DNA of 64,000 nt, taken from IMG/VR virus record IMGVR_UViG_3300032007_000001; one strand, given 5' to 3'. The stretch comes from a virus (taxonomy: Duplodnaviria; Caudoviricetes). This document shows, one piece after another, positions 44,658 through 57,600 of this stretch. The stretch's first letter is position 1. Each line of letters opens with the position of its first letter. The notes beneath the pieces were generated by a model, which was given only the letters and a program-made list of their open reading frames with translations, did no database searches and was not told the DNA's origin. A program made the position numbers and the translations under genes.

Positions 44658-47600
44658 TTAGTGCGTTTTCCAATTACTTATATCATAATAATTCGGTCTA
44701 TTTAAAAGATTTCCCAAAGGATTAGTATTATTAATTACAAAACTATTATTCGTATTTGATAATGATTGTTGCTGTTTATTTCTAAAATTTAATATATTTG
44801 AATTATTTTTATCATTTGAGTTATCTTTAACTTGACCAGAATGTGATGTTGTTTTACCATCATTTGAGATAACTTTTTGGCTAGTACTTCCATCTTCATT
44901 TTGTTGCGTTATAACAGTGCCGTGAACTTGTGTTATTTCTTTTCTAACACCAGTATCTGTTTCTGTAATTTTTTCGTTTTTATTATCTGGATCTTCTTTT
45001 GGATTTCCAGAAGCTGGTGCTTCTGTTGTTTTTCCTTCTGTATTTTTACCTGGTTTTTTAAGTTCTGTTAAATCAATACTTTTAGGAATCTTAATTTTTT
45101 GGCCTTGGAAAGATTGTAATTGATTATTAATTTGCATTCCATTTTGTGCCAGAGAATTACCAAAAACTTCTGGATTTAATGCAATAATTGCTTTTCTAAA
45201 TTCTTCCAATTGTTCTTGTACAATATTTGTTTTTGTTTGATTCATAAAAGCAGAACCAATATAATAATCTTTTGTTTCAATATTTGCTCTACATTTTACT
45301 ACATATGCGTCACCTTGAGGTGATGTTTTGGATTCTTTTGTACCATTTTTACCCGCATTTAATTTTGCATGCATTTCATCTGTAATTTTTGATAATTTAT
45401 CTTGATATGATTGTGACTCATCAGATACTTCTGGTTGTGTTGTTGTTTTACCATCTGAATCCAAAATACCTTCATATACCCATCTAGTTTTATCATTATC
45501 ATATACATAAATTGTGAATGTGCCTATTTGTTCTGGTGCTCCAGTAGCTCCATTCGAATATTTTAAGAATTCACCTTTACTTTCATACGTTCTTCTTTTC
45601 CAACCTTTTTCAAACGTTTCTGAATCAAATGGTTTATCGCCAGATTCTTTTAGCGAGCGTGTTGACCATTTGTCTGCAAGTTGTTGTTCTTCTGTTTCTT
45701 CTTCAACCGGCTTTAATTGCGGCTGTTCTATTTCCAAACCATAAATATCTTTAGCTATTGAATGGAAAGTATCTGCAGCTTGTATAACATAATCTTGTTC
45801 GTTCCCGGCATCATGATATTTGTTATATTCTGCCATTAATACACTCAAATCTGGGCAATAACCCGTATTTGAATTATAATACGTTTTATACAATAACATC
45901 ATTTGGTCGATACACGAAGGCTCTCCCATCATTCTTCCGCATGTGAGCGTCAATGTCATTGTAGATTCTTTACCACCAACACCAATATCTCTTCTTATAG
46001 ACGTTACATAATAAATTGCTTGTGCATCTGTATGTTGCGCCATCCAACTAGCGCCAACGCCTTTATACGATGAAGATGCCAACTGGCCTACAGAAATATT
46101 AACGTCGTCGCCTTCCTTAAAATAATCTTCGTTTATTTTTTGTTCAGTAAATTGCGAAGCGTCAGAACCAAGATTAACAGAAAAATTAGAATCTAAATTT
46201 CCTGACATTTGTAAAGCATTCATGGCCTGCTTTGTAATGTTATTTGAAGCTGTCTGGAGCGATGTTGGATTGTGTGTATTAGATATATCACTTAATGCAG
46301 AAGATACACTAGAACCCCTTTCTTGTGAAGCGAGAGGTTTATGTGGATGTTCATCATAAGCAAAAAATCTAATTGGGTTGCCAATTCTTATAGAAGAATC
46401 TTCAATCATATTTAATGTAGCAGAATATCTTTCAGCTACAGATTTAGCACACATCATATAAGCAATCAAATGAGCATTTGCTTTGTTGCCCATATGAGGG
46501 AAATTGAATACCTTCGGGCTTGGACGACATCCAAAACGAATCATTGAATCAATATCTGGAAATACTCTTCTTATTTGTACCATTGCACCAGATTGGTCAA
46601 ATGGAGAAAAATCACCAGTAATATTAACTTCATACATATTAAAGAGATTTTCATCACTTTCTGTTAATGTGAATCCCATAATATATTCTTGTGGTATTTC
46701 TGGAATTAATTCGTCAGTAAGTTCTGACAATGTGCCATCATACCATTTATGTTTATTTTTTTCAAACTTTTTACGTGGTACAGATACTTTTATATATTGT
46801 GTTGTTGTTTCGCCTACTCCTTCAGTACCGTTTGCGCCATATACTCTGTCATGCCAATATTCTGTTTGTTCGTGTAAATATTGATTATATCCGTTTTTAT
46901 CTTCACTATTGGCATTTGTATAAATGGTTACCATTTGACCATTTAATTTGTTTAATTCTTGTTCAGATGCATTTGCATTAGAAAACGCGTCTTTATTTGC
47001 TTCAAATATTTCTGGCCATCGATTTCCATCACCAAGATATTTTTCAGCCAATTCATATAATGTCATTCCTTCTCTAACGGTTATATTAACAGTCCCTTTA
47101 TTATACAATTCAACTATTGGATTTGTAATGGTTGACCCACTAAGTTGATTTTTTGCATTATTAATGTCGCCTTTTGCATGTTTAGCAGCATCTTCTGCAG
47201 CTTTTGCATACAGATATTGTTTATATTCTTCTGTATATACTTGACGCTGAATAGAATCAGGGTCTTTTATGTAAACGCCATCTTTGCCTTTTACTTCTCC
47301 TTTTTGTTGGTCTGCTTTTGAATCAGCATTTGTGCCAGGTTTTTTTATTAACCCTTTTTTCTTAAGTTCTTCATCTTCACCATCGTCATCATCTTGCATA
47401 TCTTCAACCAAGTCTTTTTCGTGTCTGGCCCAATATCCATTCGTCAAATTTTTCATTTTTAATTCTGGAGAATTGAGAAGACCACCCTTAAGTTGAGAAT
47501 ATCCCATGTTATTATCAACTTTTGTATTCGCTCCCAATGCATAATTTGGACATTTTAATACAATATTTCCTTCTTCATCTGCAAAAAATTCCAATTGCAA

Positions 47601-49211
47601 ATCGCCAACAGCTCTTTGACATACTTGCAATCTTTTTTCTGTTACAGCAGTAAATACTTGGTCGCTTGCACCTTGTTTAATATTTACAGTAATTGGCGGA
47701 AATTGTATTGGTTCTATACGTTTTGTTAAATACCAAGTTGGAATACCAGCGTCCATACAAAGTTGACGAATAAGGCGTTCCATTGGCATTCCGCCAAAAA
47801 TATCTTTTAATGCAAAGCTTTTCCACATTGATTGCAATACTCTTTTTTCTTCTTCACTTGCATTTTCAACACTACCATTTTTACCAAGCATTGCCATAAC
47901 TTCAAAAGGATTATATATTTCTACAGTACCAAAATGTTCTGTATCTAATTTTCCCCAACGCAAATCAATACCAGCACCATTCATGGATGCGCCGGCTATC
48001 ATTGTTGGCTGAGTGGAAACATAACTCAAATCTAATAATTTTAATTGGTCTTTTGCCGTAATGCTAATTGTTAATCCATTCGTTGCGCCAGACGCATGGG
48101 TTTTTTTAACTTCAGAAATATATCCAAAAAAGATTTGTTTCATTTTGAAATCTCCAGTGGATTCATCTCTTTCAAAATTTGATTTACCAAAAACCCAAAC
48201 TTCATCCATTGATTCCCAATCGCATTTTTCGGCAAATTTCCATGTAGAAGGAGCTTTACTTAATTTTGGCCCTTGAATATCAATTCCATAATCTGGTGGT
48301 AATGTCATTGTTAATGGTTCATCATTACCCCATGCATCGCCCCTATTTTCAACAGTAACCAAACCTTCCTTAAAAACATCCTGATTGCTATGTTCAGATT
48401 GAATGTTTCCACCAGTTGTTTTTAATGAACGGTCAACACCAATAAGATTATTACTTTCTAATCCTGCTTTTTTTCCTAAATCATCATCAACATATGCACC
48501 AATACGCATAGTATAACCGGTTTTTTCATCTGTATATTTTTTAATAACTTTACCAGTTGTTTTACCATTGGTTGTTGTCATTTGCATGGTTTCGTCATAA
48601 GGATTTTCATATTGGTCCATTATTCCTTTTGTACCATTTAATTTATTAATTGCTTTATCAATGTCTTGGATGCCGGTTTCTATATAATCACCATCTTCAT
48701 AACACATAACCCTTTCTCCACCTTTTAAGGAAAAAGAACATGAACCTGGTGATAAAATTGAATGATTCGTAGAACAAGATGTAAACGTATCTATCAAATA
48801 CGTTCGCATATAATTACCGTTTTCCAATGCATTTGTTGAAGATTCTCCAAGTTTTCCGCTAGATTGTTGATTTGCAGCATTTGCCGCATAAAATAATTTT
48901 TTACGTATGAGAATAATATAGTCTTGCTTAAAATTAACTATCTTTCTAGACCCAGCTCTTGGATTATATTGTTCTTGTACACCAACAAGATGCTGAGGAT
49001 TGTCATACATTTTATAGGCTTGACCCATCAAAATGTCATCAGAAGCTTTATATTGTATTGTACCCCTATCAATAGAATGACCAACAATTGGACCATTATC
49101 ATCATTCAATAAATGCATATTTGAATTATTTCGTTCATTTTCTTGTGCCGATGCGGCATTAGGCGCTCCAGTTGTTGCCTCGTCACCTTTAATTCCCATA
49201 AATCCCAACAC
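44658..49211 (-). CDS. Baseplate hub protein (gp27/gpD-like) with LysM domains
   Basis: IFFGYI, ITAKDQLK.L, EFFADEEGNIVLKCPNY, IRIGNPI, YYVTSI; LysM VREGMTLYELAEKYLGDGNRWPEIFEAN. Confidence 0.75.
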   Translation of the reverse strand: MLGFMGIKGDEATTGAPNAASAQENERNNSNMHLLNDDNGPIVGHSIDRGTIQYKASDDILMGQAYKMYDNPQHLVGVQEQYNPRAGSRKIVNFKQDYIILIRKKLFYAANAANQQSSGKLGESSTNALENGNYMRTYLIDTFTSCSTNHSILSPGSCSFSLKGGERVMCYEDGDYIETGIQDIDKAINKLNGTKGIMDQYENPYDETMQMTTTNGKTTGKVIKKYTDEKTGYTMRIGAYVDDDLGKKAGLESNNLIGVDRSLKTTGGNIQSEHSNQDVFKEGLVTVENRGDAWGNDEPLTMTLPPDYGIDIQGPKLSKAPSTWKFAEKCDWESMDEVWVFGKSNFERDESTGDFKMKQIFFGYISEVKKTHASGATNGLTISITAKDQLKLLDLSYVSTQPTMIAGASMNGAGIDLRWGKLDTEHFGTVEIYNPFEVMAMLGKNGSVENASEEEKRVLQSMWKSFALKDIFGGMPMERLIRQLCMDAGIPTWYLTKRIEPIQFPPITVNIKQGASDQVFTAVTEKRLQVCQRAVGDLQLEFFADEEGNIVLKCPNYALGANTKVDNNMGYSQLKGGLLNSPELKMKNLTNGYWARHEKDLVEDMQDDDDGEDEELKKKGLIKKPGTNADSKADQQKGEVKGKDGVYIKDPDSIQRQVYTEEYKQYLYAKAAEDAAKHAKGDINNAKNQLSGSTITNPIVELYNKGTVNITVREGMTLYELAEKYLGDGNRWPEIFEANKDAFSNANASEQELNKLNGQMVTIYTNANSEDKNGYNQYLHEQTEYWHDRVYGANGTEGVGETTTQYIKVSVPRKKFEKNKHKWYDGTLSELTDELIPEIPQEYIMGFTLTESDENLFNMYEVNITGDFSPFDQSGAMVQIRRVFPDIDSMIRFGCRPSPKVFNFPHMGNKANAHLIAYMMCAKSVAERYSATLNMIEDSSIRIGNPIRFFAYDEHPHKPLASQERGSSVSSALSDISNTHNPTSLQTASNNITKQAMNALQMSGNLDSNFSVNLGSDASQFTEQKINEDYFKEGDDVNISVGQLASSSYKGVGASWMAQHTDAQAIYYVTSIRRDIGVGGKESTMTLTLTCGRMMGEPSCIDQMMLLYKTYYNSNTGYCPDLSVLMAEYNKYHDAGNEQDYVIQAADTFHSIAKDIYGLEIEQPQLKPVEEETEEQQLADKWSTRSLKESGDKPFDSETFEKGWKRRTYESKGEFLKYSNGATGAPEQIGTFTIYVYDNDKTRWVYEGILDSDGKTTTQPEVSDESQSYQDKLSKITDEMHAKLNAGKNGTKESKTSPQGDAYVVKCRANIETKDYYIGSAFMNQTKTNIVQEQLEEFRKAIIALNPEVFGNSLAQNGMQINNQLQSFQGQKIKIPKSIDLTELKKPGKNTEGKTTEAPASGNPKEDPDNKNEKITETDTGVRKEITQVHGTVITQQNEDGSTSQKVISNDGKTTSHSGQVKDNSNDKNNSNILNFRNKQQQSLSNTNNSFVINNTNPLGNLLNRPNYYDISNWKTH

Positions 49212-49223
49212 CTTTTACAAAAC

Positions 49224-51020
49224 TTAAAAAGTAATTCCGTTACCGAAACCTTTATTACCATATTGTAAATCTATTTTTCTATAATCCCAATTAAAATCAT
49301 TATTATTTGAATTCCAACCACCATTTGTAAGATTGAATGTTCCTCCATGCCCAACCTGTTTCTGATTACCATTAATAGATTGAGCAAATTTTTCCGTTAC
49401 GCTGCCGTATGTATCTCGATAAACTTGTGAAAATAATTCATTATTAAAACCGCTGTTATCGCTAGCGTCTTTCACGTTAGTTTTTCCTCCTCCACCCATC
49501 AACGCACCAAGCGCTCCACCAAGAACATTCAATCCAACACCAGTTAAAACGTTTTTAAGATTAAAACCGCTGCTACTGCTGCTACTAGTTCCAGCAGCTC
49601 TTATATTTTGACGATTAACTTTAATTTGACGAGTTATTGTAAATTTCATTGAATATGAAATAGACATTGTTGTTGCTTGTCTAGTCCATGTAAATTGGTC
49701 AAAATGTCCAAGAAATACTCTATCATCAAAATATATAAAAATCTGTCTTGGACGATATAAGTCTGTCAAATTATCATTTATATCAGAAACTGCATTTGCA
49801 ACAACGTCTTTATTGATTAACCGTTCTTTATTAAGAGTTTGAACAGTATTTACGACTCTTTGTAAATCCATTGTTGTCATTGAACCTAACGTATAATAAT
49901 TACCTTGTGTAGCTTGGTTCGGCATAGCATAAGGTGAATTTCCACCATTTAAGAATGTTGCCAATCCATCAACAGCACCACTTAGTCCAAAACCAAGCTG
50001 GTCCAAAAAACCACCTATATTTGCATTACTATCTTTTGTACCATATCCAGTTGCTCCAAGTAATGCATCTGTTGCTATATTACCAATTATATTTTTATCA
50101 TAACCAGAAAAAATATTTTTCAATGATGATGTTAAATCATTTAAGTTTTCTTTACTAGATTTAGCTGGATTTATAACAGCACTCCCAATTCCAGAAATCA
50201 AGCTTGCTACAGATAATGCACCAGATGCTTGATTTGTAGCAGCGCCTGTTACTTTTCCAAGTAAATTATTACCAGCTTGTTGAGATACAACGCCACCAAA
50301 ACAGCCGCTAGTACCCTTGAGTGCGTCTTGAACCGAACCTTTATTATTCATTCCAAGAGCATCGCCAAGAGTACCAACAACTTTGTTGTTTATATATTCT
50401 TTGGCCGTGTTAGCAATCCCTTCTAAACCAACAGCACCTAATACGCCACTTAATAAATCTCCAGTTGCTCCACCAGAACCGCTACTCCCAGCGGCTTTTA
50501 TATTATTTGTATGAACCGTTGTAACATCAACATTTGTATATTTTAACAATGTTCCAGAATAATGGTATACCTCTTCTAATGCTTCTATACCTTTCATTTG
50601 AGACATACCAGTTTCACCAGTAATATCCAATGTCCAAACATCATCACCGTAATGATGAAAATATATGCCACCACGAGTAAATACTTTTGCTTTTACTTTT
50701 TGGGTTGATATATTAATTTTATTCGGATTAATGTATAATACAACTTCTTTTTTCTGAGATGGCGTAAGATAATATTCTATTGACATTGGTATGCGTTCTT
50801 TTAATGACATATACCTATCTGAAGCCATTTGTGCAGCACCAAAAATATCAGTAAGATAATTATTATATCTTGCTTGTTCTTGCATAAATTTATTCGTTGA
50901 TGCTACATTTCCAAGATTGCCAACAATTGTTCCTGGAATATTAATAGCTTCCGATATTGGAGTTTCAATACCATTTTGTATTGTTGTTGGAAAAGGATTT
51001 GCTATAATAGATGAATCCAA
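49224..51020 (-). CDS. Tail-tube initiator / baseplate protein with Gly-rich insertion
   Basis: LYINP..I.....K......TRGG....HYG......I.G.TG and FLGHF..F.W.......SYSMKF split by a Gly/Ala-rich region; downstream of tape measure. Confidence 0.55.
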   Translation of the reverse strand: MDSSIIANPFPTTIQNGIETPISEAINIPGTIVGNLGNVASTNKFMQEQARYNNYLTDIFGAAQMASDRYMSLKERIPMSIEYYLTPSQKKEVVLYINPNKINISTQKVKAKVFTRGGIYFHHYGDDVWTLDITGETGMSQMKGIEALEEVYHYSGTLLKYTNVDVTTVHTNNIKAAGSSGSGGATGDLLSGVLGAVGLEGIANTAKEYINNKVVGTLGDALGMNNKGSVQDALKGTSGCFGGVVSQQAGNNLLGKVTGAATNQASGALSVASLISGIGSAVINPAKSSKENLNDLTSSLKNIFSGYDKNIIGNIATDALLGATGYGTKDSNANIGGFLDQLGFGLSGAVDGLATFLNGGNSPYAMPNQATQGNYYTLGSMTTMDLQRVVNTVQTLNKERLINKDVVANAVSDINDNLTDLYRPRQIFIYFDDRVFLGHFDQFTWTRQATTMSISYSMKFTITRQIKVNRQNIRAAGTSSSSSSGFNLKNVLTGVGLNVLGGALGALMGGGGKTNVKDASDNSGFNNELFSQVYRDTYGSVTEKFAQSINGNQKQVGHGGTFNLTNGGWNSNNNDFNWDYRKIDLQYGNKGFGNGITF

Positions 51021-51042
51021 TTAATTCACCTTCTCTCTAATT

Positions 51043-51642
51043 TTATAAAACATTCATATAATTTCTAGCTTTTTCTCTTATAACATTTCCACCAGTTGAT
51101 GGGTCGTCATGATTTGATGTATAATATGGACTTTCAGCTGTTCCAAGTAATTGCAAATCCCAACGTTCGCAACCGTTGTTTGGACCATACAAATCATCTT
51201 CATCATATAAATTTTCGTTGTCTCCAGCTTCACCATGTGTCATAACATTATTAATGTTAATATCAATTTGCAATTCCTTGCATATTATTGCTATAACTTG
51301 AGCCAAAGTATCAATTTGAGTTTCTGTTGGAGGATTTTCTCCCAAATCATTTGTTGTGGCGCCAACAGCACAACAAAGTGATACCCCAATTGTACCTGTA
51401 TTTAGTTTCCATGTATGAGATAATACATCAGCCAAATTATATGTAGAAACAAAAATTTCTCCATCGCCAGTTATACTTATATGATATTCATCAAAAAGTT
51501 GGTCCCACCAACCAGCTGTCCAATGGAGTATAATTTTTGGACAATCTAATCCTGCATAATTTGCATTTTCGTATAATTCCTCTTTGCTATTACTAGCAAT
51601 TTCTCTAATTTCGTCTAATGTTACTTGTTGCATTGTCGACAC
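51043..51642 (-). CDS. N-acetylmuramoyl-L-alanine amidase (Amidase_2)
   Basis: IILHWTAG, YHISITGDG, HTWKLNT..IGVSL, PT..QI, VMTHGE, ERWDL. Confidence 0.85.
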   Translation of the reverse strand: MSTMQQVTLDEIREIASNSKEELYENANYAGLDCPKIILHWTAGWWDQLFDEYHISITGDGEIFVSTYNLADVLSHTWKLNTGTIGVSLCCAVGATTNDLGENPPTETQIDTLAQVIAIICKELQIDININNVMTHGEAGDNENLYDEDDLYGPNNGCERWDLQLLGTAESPYYTSNHDDPSTGGNVIREKARNYMNVL

Positions 51643-51654
51643 CTCTTTTCTAAA

Positions 51655-54600
51655 TTAAAATTCCAATTGTATTTTTTCACTACCGCTTTCATCTTCATTT
51701 TCTATAATTGAAGTATTGACGCGCTTAGCAAATTCACTTTGATTCATTGCTTCTTCTATTTTTTTCATCATTTCTTCTGCATCTTTGCCATCTTTCATAA
51801 TGCCAAAAATTTGCACTGTTCCAACATTTTCTTTTTCTGCTTTTCTAATTGCATCTTGTTGGGCTTGTAATGACGCTTTTTGAGCATCCAATTTTTGTTG
51901 TTGTTCTAATATTGATTTTTGAGATTCAATAACAGCATTCATTTCTTCTGTTGAACGTGTTCCAGAACGATATTGTTCTCTTATTTGCTTTCTTTTTTCA
52001 TCAGCACTAACATAATTGCTTCCAGAAACAACATTCATGTTATTGGAAAGTCCACCATAAGTTGGTGTTTTTCCAAGATATTTTGAAATGCTATTATAAA
52101 TACTGACATTGTTATTGAATTGTTCTATTGCTGTCATCGGTTTTGGAGGTTTGAATTGCAATTTTCCACTACCTGCTTGTGCACTTACATTAACTCCAAG
52201 TGCTCTTAAACCAGTTCCAATAGCGTCAAGCCAACCAACATTCGTTCCATTCTGGTCATTTGCCGCACCGGCTGGGCAATATTTCCTTTGAATAGCACCG
52301 ATTGTTTTAATGCCTTCATCAATATAATCTTCTTTTAACAAAACAGCTGCTCTTGTAATATTTTCTTCAACAGAAGAATCAACATGGTCATCCATTAAGC
52401 TATAAACATTATACGGTTCTCCATTACCCAATATTCCAGAAGTATCTCCGCCAAATCCATTTTCTGCATATGTAATGGCAGCAAAAAATGCTGGGTCAAT
52501 TCCATATTTACGTGCTGTATCAATAATAAATTGAGCTTTTCCTTTTAATACACCTTGTAAATGTGGTTCTAATTCTGCAGCTGTTATACCAGAATCAACA
52601 GTTACGTCATAATTACCAACATAACCACCGAGGCCAGACATTAATGGATTTGCTACAGTACCATCAGTTCTTGTTAACGGTTGTCTACCACCAGTTGGTC
52701 TTGCTTCTGGTCTATTATCATTACCAGACCAATTTATATCTACGTGAACATTTCCAGTTCCTTCGTCTTCGATAATTGCCGCATAACCATTTGCATGACA
52801 CCATTGAATTATCCATTCCATATCATCTGAGACAACGTCGGTCTTCCAACCAGTATGATGACTATATTCACCACCAGCATGAACAAATGTTTCGGCACCA
52901 CCAGTCATTTCAATTAATTCTCCGCCGTGTGCATCCTTATACGCTCTAGCTAATGCATTCATACCAGCAATTGATTCAGGACGAAGCGTAGACCACTTGG
53001 TTAATTCATCTTCCCAATCATGATTATGCAACATAATGCTTCTATCTAAAGAAGATGAATTTTCTAATCCAATTTGTTGTCTGTTATTATAATTTTGATT
53101 AACGTAATTCATTAAATCTGAATTAACAGATGGCTCATTTTTAACTACACCAGCAATATGTTGCCAGAGTTCGGTTGCTCCTCCAGCTGTCATATTTTTA
53201 AGTTCAAAATTAATAATATCGTCATCTGTCATATCTGGATTCGAAGCATATTTGGGATTTTTCTTTTTTGCCCATTCTAATACATTTCTCTTTATTCTTT
53301 GAGCAAACGGAGTATCTTTACCTGCCAATTCTCTCAAGTAAGCAGCTTCATTTTCCCAATATTGTTTATCTGTACTTCCAGCATTAGGATGATAATAATA
53401 ATTAGCCAAATGAGTGTATAAAATATTTAATTCATCATCATCTTCATAATTATTTGCATACGTTTCAAAGAATTTACCTAATATGTTATTATCAGACATT
53501 TTACTATCTAAAACGGCTGTGTTTTGATTTATAGCTCTTCTGTTTATTGCCAATGCCTGCATCAGTTGTTTTAATGTAACGTTTTGGTCTTGCAACTGTT
53601 TGACCATTTCTTTTAATATCTTTTTCTGTGTATCATTTAATTTACTTAAGTCTATTCCATTATCTTTTAAGTATGTTCTTAAAAATTCTCCTTGGTCCGT
53701 TTCAGATTCAATAACTTTCATAATGTCAATTCCTCTAATTTCGGAATTTTCATTCATGCAAGCTACCCAATCCGCTGTTGCTTCATCAAATTTTTCTCCC
53801 ATACCAAGATAATCTTTTATGGCATCTCCGCCTTTGCCACCTAACCAGCCACCGACCATGCTACCTAACACAAATCCAACACCAGGAATTGGAATTAATA
53901 CCTGTCCAATTGCGCCACCAATAGCGCCACCGGCTACTGATGTACCAGTACCAATTGCAACTCTTGCTAATCGTTCTTTCCAAGAACGTTGATTGCCAGA
54001 CATTGCATCTCCAAATTCTCCAATGGTTTCGCCAAGAGCCGATAACATCCAATATTCTCTTCCAAGATTTCTTGCACCAGAAGCAATGCTTTTCATCATG
54101 CTTGGGTCAAGATTCCTGAGCGCGCTCCAATTTGTTGAAAATGCATTTTTTGTATTTCTCAACGAAGATATAATTTGATTACCAGTACCAGTTTTTAATG
54201 CTCCCCCAAATTTTCTAATATCATCCCAAGAATTTAATCTTATATCACTTAAACTAGAATTAAAAGTACGTTTTAATTGGTTTACAATTTCAACTGGTAC
54301 TTTTCCTTCCATTTCACTGGCTCTAGCTAATTGTGACATTAATTTATTAGGAAGCTTTCTAAAATGACGCAAATCTCCTCTTTTTAGTGACATCCAAAGT
54401 GCATGACGAACGCCACCACCAGCGGCAGAAAGAGGAGCCAAAACATTTCCAATATATGGAGACGCCATATATATTGCACCAGCACCAAGACCAAGATTGA
54501 TTGCATAATTCATAAAATCCGATTCATCTTCGTTGCCTTCCATGGAATGCATTATTTCATCATAATTTGCAATCTGTACTTTCGCTCTACCGGATTTCAT

Positions 54601-57600
54601 AAATTGAATAAATCCAGTATGATTGTCTTGCATTGATGGTGTTCCTTCATCAACATTTTCTTCAGCTTCGCCACGCTTATTAAGCCAATATAATGTCGCT
54701 GCTGAGGCTCCAGCTAATGCCAAACCAGTCCAACCTTTCCCGCCACCAGTTGGACGTGATTTTGTAACCAAATTTTTAACCTGGTTCATTGCACCTTTAC
54801 CCATATATTTAATGCCTTGATATCCAGCACCAAGAGCAAATAAAGTCGTGCCAAGACCAAGAATTGGATTGTTCCCGATAGTTCTTGTAATATTTTGTAC
54901 TGTTTTGTTGTTTGCTAATTCATTTAACCAATGCGCAATCTTTCCTGCCCATTCTGGAAGTTTTTCAAGCAATTCATTTATTTGTTTTACTGCGCCTTCC
55001 AACAATGGATTTATTTTTGTTTGCCAAATATATGCCAAACGCATTAATGCATCTTCTCTTTCAGCTACCATTAATTGCGTTTTTGCTAATTGCGAAGCCA
55101 TTATGGCTAATTCTTTATCAGCATCTGATATTGAATCAGCTAAATCTATTTTTTTCTTTTCGTCTCTTTCTTTTTTACCAACTAAAAATTCTTTTATTTC
55201 ATCAGTTTTTCCTTCTTGCTTCATCGCTGTCAATTGTGCAATTTCTTTTTCAGAATACCCATCTTGTTTTAATAGATTCTGAAAATTATATAAAGAAAGA
55301 CTATTATTTCCTCCTAAGAAATTATCAAACATGGTATATTTTGCTAACATGGCATTTCCCATGTTTTCTTTCCAATCTCCAACTTGGTTGCCATTTCTAT
55401 CCATGAATATGCGACCACGAAGCATTGCGGAATACATTCCTCCGCCCCAACCTGACATCATTCCCCAATACATGGATTGAGACGTATTTTTACCAAAATT
55501 CAATTCTATTTGAGATGTTTTTATCATTAAATTAACAGCATCTGTCATATTCATTCCAGATTGTGTGGCAGAAGCAATAACATCGGTAGCTTTTTCAGCA
55601 TCAATACCCAATTCTCTTGCTCTTGTTACCATACTCTTAATATTTTCAAAAAACATCTTAGTAGACATACCGGATGATTTTGCCTGTTCAACCATATTCG
55701 CTATAATTGTAGCTGTTGTTTTAGCATCTTGTCCAGAATCTTTATAGAAATATTTGATTAAAAAGTCAAAATCATTATTATCCAAACCACTTGTTTCTTT
55801 CAATGAGAATAAATTTTCAGCAAAGAAAGACATGTCGCTTCTATTAGCTTCTGGTGTTGAATTATATCTGCCACCAATATTTCTAGCTAATGACATATAA
55901 AATTTTGTTGGAGCGTCTGCACCAATCATAGCGCCAGAAAGGTATTGATAATATCTACCAGTGTTATATATACGACTCAAATTAGCATTTGAAGCAATAT
56001 CTGCACCAAGAGATATGTCTGTTCTTGCCGCTTGATACATTAACATATCATTTGATACTGCTTTTGAAACGCTATCCTTGAATAATCCTCCTAATGATAG
56101 CATATTGGATAATCCCATTACACCAAATATGCTAAGCAAGAAAGATTTTCCGCCACCCAAAAATCCACCGATTTTTGAAGCCATCGTTAAAATGTTTTCG
56201 CCATTTTTTAAGTCGTTTATTTCATTATTTCTTTGAACTAGTTCTTCATTTAATTTTTTAACTTGTTCTATATCGTCTTTATCTAAATTAAGAATTTGCA
56301 TTGCATTAAGAACTTGCAATGTATTATTAATTTGTTGCTGAATTTCTTTTTGTTTTAAGTCAAGAGAACTTTTATCTACCTTGAAAAAATTTGATAATTT
56401 ATTTGGAATGGTTCTATCCAATACATTTCTTGCATCCAAACCGACAGAATGAGAAATAGAACGAGTAAGATTTCCAATTGTTTTTGTATTTGTTAAACCA
56501 CTTATTTGTCCTTGACGTTTTGTTATGTTTTGTCTTGTATATAATGATACCTTAAATTTATTTATTTTATCATTCCTTGCGGTTTCTGTTTCAGCATGCA
56601 ATATATCATCAATATTCATCCCGGTAGGTTGAATTTGAGAAATAAAGTGTTTTGCAATATCATTAGCACTTAATATACTTTCTTGCGAGGCTCCAGCTCT
56701 TAACGTTTTATTAAAATTTGCATTGCTTTGTTCTATCATATCCACAACAGTATATGACATATTATCCAAAGCTATCGTTGACGTTTGTACTGGACTTGCT
56801 ATTTTTTTCCCTTTTGTTTCAAAAGTACTTACATTTTTTCTTATATCTTGTAAATTTTCAACATTTTGATATGCTTTTAATGTTTGGTCATATCCCTTAA
56901 CAGCATTCTCAAGATTTGAAAATTTTCTATTAGAAATTTGATTAAGAATATTATTTGATTCTTTTATTTGTTCATCTATATTATCTATTACTTTTTTTGC
57001 TGAAATATTGGGTTCGTTTTGAATATCTTTTAATTCTTCAAATAATTTCTCTAATTTTGCAGTAGAAATTTCCTTATTATCCAATTCCTCAATGCCAACT
57101 TGAAAATCTTTAGATAAATCAAAGGTTACAAGTGACTTAATATCATTTATATTTTTAGATATTCCGCTTTTGAAAACGTCAAAAGATGCAGAAGACATTT
57201 GTGGTTCATTTTGATTTTGTAAATCACCACTTAATCCTTGCATATCTTTTTGTGCATTTTCAACCTTGCTTTGAGATAAGCGTATTCTATTAATGCAATT
57301 TTCACAATGACGTTTTAATTCATTAGAATCACTATTGTTCATTGCTGAAATCAATTTATTTTTGAATTCCGATATTGAACTTAAAACATCTATGTTTGTT
57401 TCTTTTGTTTCTATTTTTGTATTTGATAATTTTCTTAAATGACTGAATAATTGATTATATGCACTTAATTCAAATGAAGTATGTTGTACAGAATTAAGAT
57501 TACATGTTTCTTTACTTGCATACTCTAATGTTGTTGCTACTTCACCTAATTGTTTTACTGTTTCTTTATCTTCAAAATCGCAGGTGACTAAAAGATTGGT

